From NCBI GenBank assembly GCA_000960865.2, contig JZWU02000003.1, positions 11,250 to 75,249 of the forward strand: a stretch of DNA of 64,000 bases, read 5' to 3'. Both the position numbers and the translations under genes were made by a program. The first letter of the stretch is position 1; each line of letters begins with the position of its first letter. Below the pieces are notes generated by a model that searched no databases, was not told where the DNA came from, and saw nothing but the letters and a program-made list of their open reading frames with translations. The DNA comes from Vulcanisaeta sp. AZ3 (GTDB lineage Archaea; Thermoproteota; Thermoprotei; Thermoproteales; Thermocladiaceae). Of the stretch, positions 59,241-64,000 are shown piece by piece.

Positions 59241-59379
59241 TCCGTCATAATTCATAAACTATATATCTTATCCAACGCCCTCTGGCTTTATCCCTCTTAC
59301 CATCAACATTAATACTTTTCCGGTTTTCTTAATACAACTTCATTATAGGTAGTGCTTAAAAATATGAGAGAGTCAGATA

Positions 59380-59616
59380 ATGACTATGACATCTGAAATT
59401 AATAAAGGACAAGGTGTGGCTATGTGGAGAAAAGTTGTTGCTGGGGTGCTGTTTGTTATTCCGTGGGTGTATTACTTGTTGTATCCCCTATATAACACTA
59501 GGCAGCCTGAACTTGGTGGTGTGCCATACTTTTACTGGGTACAAACGCTATGGCTTTTTATTACAGCCATCTTATACGTAATAGCAGTGTTCTTACTATA
59601 TCCAGGCAAGAGGTGA
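59380..59616 (+). CDS. DUF3311-like small membrane partner of an SSS transporter
   Basis: PLYNTRQPELGGVPYFYWVQTLW motif, two TM helices, directly upstream of the symporter. Confidence 0.85.
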   Translation: MTMTSEINKGQGVAMWRKVVAGVLFVIPWVYYLLYPLYNTRQPELGGVPYFYWVQTLWLFITAILYVIAVFLLYPGKR

Positions 59617-59622
59617 TGCTGC

Positions 59623-61155
59623 ATGGTGTTGGTTGGTCCATTGAGTTGGGGAGTATTCATAGTATTCTTTGTAATCTTCATTTTCTTAGGATTCTATGGT
59701 GCACGTTGGCGTAGGGGTGATCTGAGTCAGTTGCATGAGTGGGCCTTGGCTGGGCGTAAGTTAGGCACGTTCTTAGCTTGGTTCCTCGTTGGTGCCGATG
59801 TATATACGGCTTACACGTTCATAGCTGTACCTTCAGGTGTATTTGCAAGTGGAGCCCTATACTTCTATGCTGTACCATATGTAGCTGCAACATTTGGGGT
59901 TGCCGCGATAACAATGCCAGTCCTTTGGAGGTGGAGTAGATTGAGGAATTATGTGACTGCTGCTGATTTTGTTCAGGAGAGGTTTAATAGTAAGTTGTTG
60001 GCTGCTTTCGTGGCTATTACGGGTATTATTGCCGAGTTTCCATACATAGCCCTCCAGATAATCGGTCTTCAAGCCGTATTAACAATAATGCTCCTTGGGA
60101 TTGTTAAGAACATTAGGCTCGTGAGCGATTTAGCTCTAACAATAGCATTTATAATACTGGCGGCATTCACATATACAAGCGGCCTTAGGGGTGCGACACT
60201 AACTGCTGTGTTTAAGGATGCCTTGATCTTCTTAGCCGTTATTGCAATACTCGTGGCTGCACCATTCGTAATACCTGGTGCATTTACCGCCGCATTTAGG
60301 GCTGCAGGCTTAGCGGCATCAAGCACAAAGGGCCTCCTTGCGAGCGGCGTTGACTTCCTTAAGGGGCCATTCGTACCCGCCTACACTACGCTTTGGGTTG
60401 GTAGTGCCTTAGCTCTTTACTTATATCCTCATTCCGTTAATGGTTCGTTAAGTGCTGAGAGCGATAAAAAGCTTGCTCTGAGTTTAGCATTACTTCCTGT
60501 TTATGGAATTGGTTTGGCATTATTGGCCATATATGGCATATTGATTTATGGTGATAGTGAAGCAATGCATATACTAAGTCTATTTCCAGCAAGCGCCAGG
60601 GGTAGCCTGGTTATACCTACGTTAGCAGTGACGACTTTGCCTGAGTGGTTGGCTGGCCTAGCTCTATTGGGTGTATTCGCTGGTGGTTTAGTTCCTGCAG
60701 CGATAATGGCAATGGCCCAGGCTAATTTATTAACTAGAAACATAATTAAGCCTCTACGTCCAGGGATAACACCGCAGGGTGAGACTAGGGTTGCGAAGTG
60801 GGCCTCCGTTATCTTTAAGTTCCTTGCCCTGGGTTTCGTATTCGTAGTGCCTGCCACATATGCAATATGGCTGCAATTATTAGGTGGTATAATTATCACA
60901 CAGACATTACCGCCTGTATTCCTGGGGCTTGCCACAGATAAGCTTGATAAGTATTCCTTAATGGCTGGTTGGGCTGTTGGGCTTGGATTAGGTGTCTACT
61001 TAGCCCTGATACCTACCATATATTATCATCAGCCCTTAAGTCCGCTTTATCCAATTGCTGGACACTCGGTGTATATTGCTGTCATAGCCCTTGCCGTTAA
61101 CCTGGCCATAGTGTTTGTGGGTACTGGGATTGCTAGGTTAATTAGGGGTAGGTAA
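59623..61155 (+). CDS. sodium:solute symporter (SSS) family permease
   Basis: EWALAGRKLG, GADVYTAYTF, YVTAADFVQERF, YIALQ, YTSGLRG, AAIMAMAQANL. Confidence 0.92.
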   Translation: MVLVGPLSWGVFIVFFVIFIFLGFYGARWRRGDLSQLHEWALAGRKLGTFLAWFLVGADVYTAYTFIAVPSGVFASGALYFYAVPYVAATFGVAAITMPVLWRWSRLRNYVTAADFVQERFNSKLLAAFVAITGIIAEFPYIALQIIGLQAVLTIMLLGIVKNIRLVSDLALTIAFIILAAFTYTSGLRGATLTAVFKDALIFLAVIAILVAAPFVIPGAFTAAFRAAGLAASSTKGLLASGVDFLKGPFVPAYTTLWVGSALALYLYPHSVNGSLSAESDKKLALSLALLPVYGIGLALLAIYGILIYGDSEAMHILSLFPASARGSLVIPTLAVTTLPEWLAGLALLGVFAGGLVPAAIMAMAQANLLTRNIIKPLRPGITPQGETRVAKWASVIFKFLALGFVFVVPATYAIWLQLLGGIIITQTLPPVFLGLATDKLDKYSLMAGWAVGLGLGVYLALIPTIYYHQPLSPLYPIAGHSVYIAVIALAVNLAIVFVGTGIARLIRGR

Positions 61156-61206
61156 GTCTTCTTAATTTGAGAAATGTTTATTTACTTAAAATGTTTGTTG
61201 AATTGC

Positions 61207-62103
61207 GTGGTTTCCGTAAAGGCTATTGATAGGTCGGACCTTTATTTAAAGGCCATTATTGATGGCGCCACACCACCCTTAGTTAACTCTCTGCGTAGAG
61301 TTCTCATTTCAGATGTCCCCGTATTAGCTATCGATGAAGTCATAATACTGGATAACACCTCAGTGCTTTACGATGAAGTTATTGCACATAGGCTTGCCAT
61401 GATACCGGTAAAGACTGATCTAAGTAAGTTGCCGAAGATTGAGGAGTGCGAACAAGAACTAGTCGACCCAAGCCTATGTCAAGTTAGGTTTGAGTTAAAT
61501 GTCGAGGCCAAGGAACTCACTGTGGTATATAGTAGGGACCTTAAGTCTGATGATCCGGAGGTTAAGCCTGTCTATGAGGATATACCAATAGTTAAACTTA
61601 TACCAGGGCAGAAGGTAGTCCTGGAGGCGTATGCGAAGCTCGGTAGGGCTAGAGACCATGCTAAGTGGCAGGCAGGTTTGGCGTCGTATTACTACTATCC
61701 AAGAGTCACTGTTGTGGGTAAGGCTAATGAGGGGTGTAGGGTCTGTACAGAAATATGCAATGGCGCCCTAGAGATTGGGGATGATGGCTCTGTAATCGTT
61801 AATGATGCGATGAAGTGCACTTTTAATAAGTGGAAGACGTGTGAGCAGGTCTGTCCTGCTATAAGGGTTGATTGGGATGAGAATAAGTATGTCTTTTGGG
61901 TGGAGAGCTTTGGCAACATGCCGGTGGAGGATATGATTAAGGAGGGATTTAGGATACTGAAGGGTGAATTTCAGGAATTCGTTAATGAGTTGGAACTTGA
62001 ACTATCAAGGGAACAGACAAAACTTGGAGTAAGTGAGCAATCAATGACTGAAGGTCAGGCACTTAGTGAGGAGTTTGGTACCGAGGAAGGTATTGAAGAG
62101 TAA
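61207..62103 (+). CDS. rpoD: DNA-directed RNA polymerase subunit D (Rpo3)
   Basis: NSLRRVLISDVPVLAID, NTSVLYDEVIAHRLAMIP, PIVKL, HAKWQ; Cys-rich ferredoxin-like insertion. Confidence 0.96.
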   Translation: MVSVKAIDRSDLYLKAIIDGATPPLVNSLRRVLISDVPVLAIDEVIILDNTSVLYDEVIAHRLAMIPVKTDLSKLPKIEECEQELVDPSLCQVRFELNVEAKELTVVYSRDLKSDDPEVKPVYEDIPIVKLIPGQKVVLEAYAKLGRARDHAKWQAGLASYYYYPRVTVVGKANEGCRVCTEICNGALEIGDDGSVIVNDAMKCTFNKWKTCEQVCPAIRVDWDENKYVFWVESFGNMPVEDMIKEGFRILKGEFQEFVNELELELSREQTKLGVSEQSMTEGQALSEEFGTEEGIEE

Positions 62104-62230
62104 TGTTTTATTCCTAGGTAAGGTTATGCTTAAGTCCTTGTTTAGGCCCGTAACCTTAATCCTGGGTTAGTGTAGGTATTGATATCGTCTGGAAAAATTA
62201 TTAAAGGGGTTTGGTCTACGTCATTTTGCA

Positions 62231-62599
62231 ATGCCTCCGAACCCAACGGGTCCAACGAATGAGGAGCTTAGGATGTTAATTAGATTTCTTAGGCGTGCGG
62301 CCAATGAGTATAAGGCAGGGATTTGGGATTATGTGGCTGATTTACTTGAAAGGCCGACTAGGCGTAGGGTTGAGGTTAATATTGGTAGGATAAATAGGTT
62401 GGTGAGTGATGGTGATGTAGTTGTGGTTCCAGGTAAGGTACTTGGTTATGGGACATTGAGTAAGAGAGTTACGATAGCTGCTTGGTCCTTCTCCAAAGGC
62501 GCTCTCGGAGTCATTAGTAGGGTGGGTGCTGAGGCTATCCCAATACCAGAGCTTGTTAGGAGGAATAATAAGGGTAGTAATGTTAAGGTGATTGTTTAG
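62231..62599 (+). CDS. rpl18e: 50S ribosomal protein L18e
   Basis: TGPTN, RRRVEVNIGRI, VVPGKVLG, AAWSFS. Confidence 0.96.
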   Translation: MPPNPTGPTNEELRMLIRFLRRAANEYKAGIWDYVADLLERPTRRRVEVNIGRINRLVSDGDVVVVPGKVLGYGTLSKRVTIAAWSFSKGALGVISRVGAEAIPIPELVRRNNKGSNVKVIV

Positions 62600-62601
62600 A
62601 G

Positions 62602-63168
62602 GTGGTGAATGTGAGTAATAGGGTCATTGAGGTTAATAGGAATGCGCCTCAACTGAATGAGGTTGTTGTTGATGCTTCAAATCACATTGTTGGTAGGCTA
62701 GCCTCCATAGTTGCCAAGTGGGCTCTTGAGGGTAGGAGAGTGATTATTGTAAATGCAGAGAGGGCAGTAGTCACTGGGGACTTTAACATGGTGCTTGGTT
62801 GGTATAAGACGAGAATTAGCGAGTGGTTAACTCACTATAATCCTGAAAAGGCAGGTCCTAAGATACCTAGGAAGCCCGATAGAATACTCAGGAGAGTTAT
62901 TAGGGGTATGTTGCCTAGGAAGAGTAGCAGGGGTAGGGAGGCCTTTAAGAGGGTTAGGGTTTTCATGGGTGTACCTCCTCAGTATGTTAATGCTGATAAG
63001 GTTATCATTAAGGGTGCTCTTCTTGCTGCAAGGCCTGGCATTAAGTATGTAACTCTTGAGGAACTTTGGAAGCACATAGAACCTAAGAGCTATGAGGAGT
63101 GGATTAGGGGTAAGGTGGCTTGGGAGGCGAGACTTAAAAAGGCTGAGAGTAAGGGTGGTGGTAAATGA
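62602..63168 (+). CDS. rpl13: 50S ribosomal protein L13
   Basis: VDASNHIVGRLASIVAK, VNAERAVVTG, RRVIRGMLP, VFMGVP. Confidence 0.96.
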   Translation: MVNVSNRVIEVNRNAPQLNEVVVDASNHIVGRLASIVAKWALEGRRVIIVNAERAVVTGDFNMVLGWYKTRISEWLTHYNPEKAGPKIPRKPDRILRRVIRGMLPRKSSRGREAFKRVRVFMGVPPQYVNADKVIIKGALLAARPGIKYVTLEELWKHIEPKSYEEWIRGKVAWEARLKKAESKGGGK

Positions 63169-63641
63169 GCGAGAGTGAGACGAGTACATCAACATTGCCT
63201 AGGGAGGTTCCTAATACCACGGTGCAGGAGGTTAGCGGTGTTAGAGTGGTTATTGCTGTTGGTAAGAAGAAGACCGCAGTTGCGAAGGCTGTTATTAAGC
63301 CGGGCATTGGTAGGGTTAGGGTTAATGGTGTGCCAGTTGAGATTTGGCCTATTGAGATGGCTAGGATGAGGATGATGGAACCACTGCTACTAGCTGGTAA
63401 GGAGTTAATAGGTAAGGTTGATGTTGATGTCACTGTTAATGGTGGTGGATTCATGGGACAGGCAACTGCTGTTAGGATGGCAATAGCTAGGGGGTTAATT
63501 GAGTATTTCCAAAGTTCGCAACTACTTGATTTATACATGAAATACGACCCATCAATGATTAAGGGAGACCCAAGGAGGACAGAGCCTAAGAAGCCGGGCC
63601 TTAAACATGCCAGGAGTAAGAGACAGAAGGCCTATAGATGA
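63165..63641 (+). CDS. rps9: 30S ribosomal protein S9
   Basis: GKKKTAVAKA, VNGGGFMGQA, DPRRTEPKK, ARSKRQKAYR. Confidence 0.97.
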   Translation: MSESETSTSTLPREVPNTTVQEVSGVRVVIAVGKKKTAVAKAVIKPGIGRVRVNGVPVEIWPIEMARMRMMEPLLLAGKELIGKVDVDVTVNGGGFMGQATAVRMAIARGLIEYFQSSQLLDLYMKYDPSMIKGDPRRTEPKKPGLKHARSKRQKAYR

Positions 63642-63642
63642 A

Positions 63643-63766
63643 CTGACTTTCTTCCTGCCCTGAAGGGTATGTTTTTATCCCTCTGGAGATTGTGAGAGGA
63701 AGAGACCTCGCTCATTTTGTGGTTAAGATTGAGGAATCATTGAGGCCCCCTAAAGGGTCGGGATTC
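63643..63766 (-). mobile_element. putative short non-autonomous IS200/IS605-derived element (two palindromic ends, no ORF)
   Basis: Minus strand begins GAATCCCGACCCTTTAGGGGGCC and ends CATACCCTTCAGGGCAGGAAGAAAGTCAG; the end matches the 54417-54449 motif. Confidence 0.5.
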
Positions 63767-64000
63767 TAAAAATAATCCTCATAATACTTAAGCAACAAAA
63801 CCACTATCCGCACCGTAAACAACAAAACTTCAATTTTATTATAGACTCTCAATTCTTCTCGAGGCCCTTGTTAATGCATTGAGGCTGGAAAGCAATATAA
63901 AGGGTATTACCTTTATGACCATTAATGATTGTACCCATTAGATGCTGGACTTGTGGGAGGCCCCTTGGTCATTTATGGGAGCCTATCCTTAAACGATTGA

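Noticed and set aside
61720-61870. Cys-rich ferredoxin-like insertion in RpoD
   Set aside because: Known Fe-S-binding domain of many archaeal Rpo3 subunits.

Overview
Core-chromosome segment of a thermophilic crenarchaeon. Protein content, gene order and many probably leaderless genes with a TATA box about 25 bp before the start point to Thermoproteales, most likely Vulcanisaeta-like; this is an inference. There are about 60 CDSs. Information-processing clusters: rpl15e-rnp3-rnp2; rps19e-PDCD5-rpl39e; tfs-pcna-priS-gins15-rpl44e-rps27e-aIF2a-nop10; rpoD-rpl18e-rpl13-rps9; plus top6A, dph5 and aglB. Cofactor genes: hemA, hemL, moaA, nadE, coaD, QueF-like. There is an Opp/Dpp peptide ABC transporter and many peptidases. 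Three tRNAs are present: Leu-CAG, Arg-TCT with a 14-nt BHB intron, and Ser-GCT. Features absent from the ORF track: a partial DUF763-type gene, rpl39e, four box C/D guide sRNAs and degenerate IS200/IS605-type ends. Best leads: (1) a tail-to-tail C/D sRNA pair, one with a guide complementary to the 16S rRNA anti-Shine-Dalgarno 3' end; (2) nadE divergently paired with a nitrilase carrying the glutaminase-domain signature; (3) an uncharacterised EndoIII-like Fe-S protein coupled to a small partner gene; (4) a -1 frameshifted glucose dehydrogenase; (5) a ubiquitin-like protein lacking its GG tail; (6) transposon-end relics. No CRISPR array, rRNA, intact transposase or provirus was seen. All family calls are from motif recognition by eye, not database searches.
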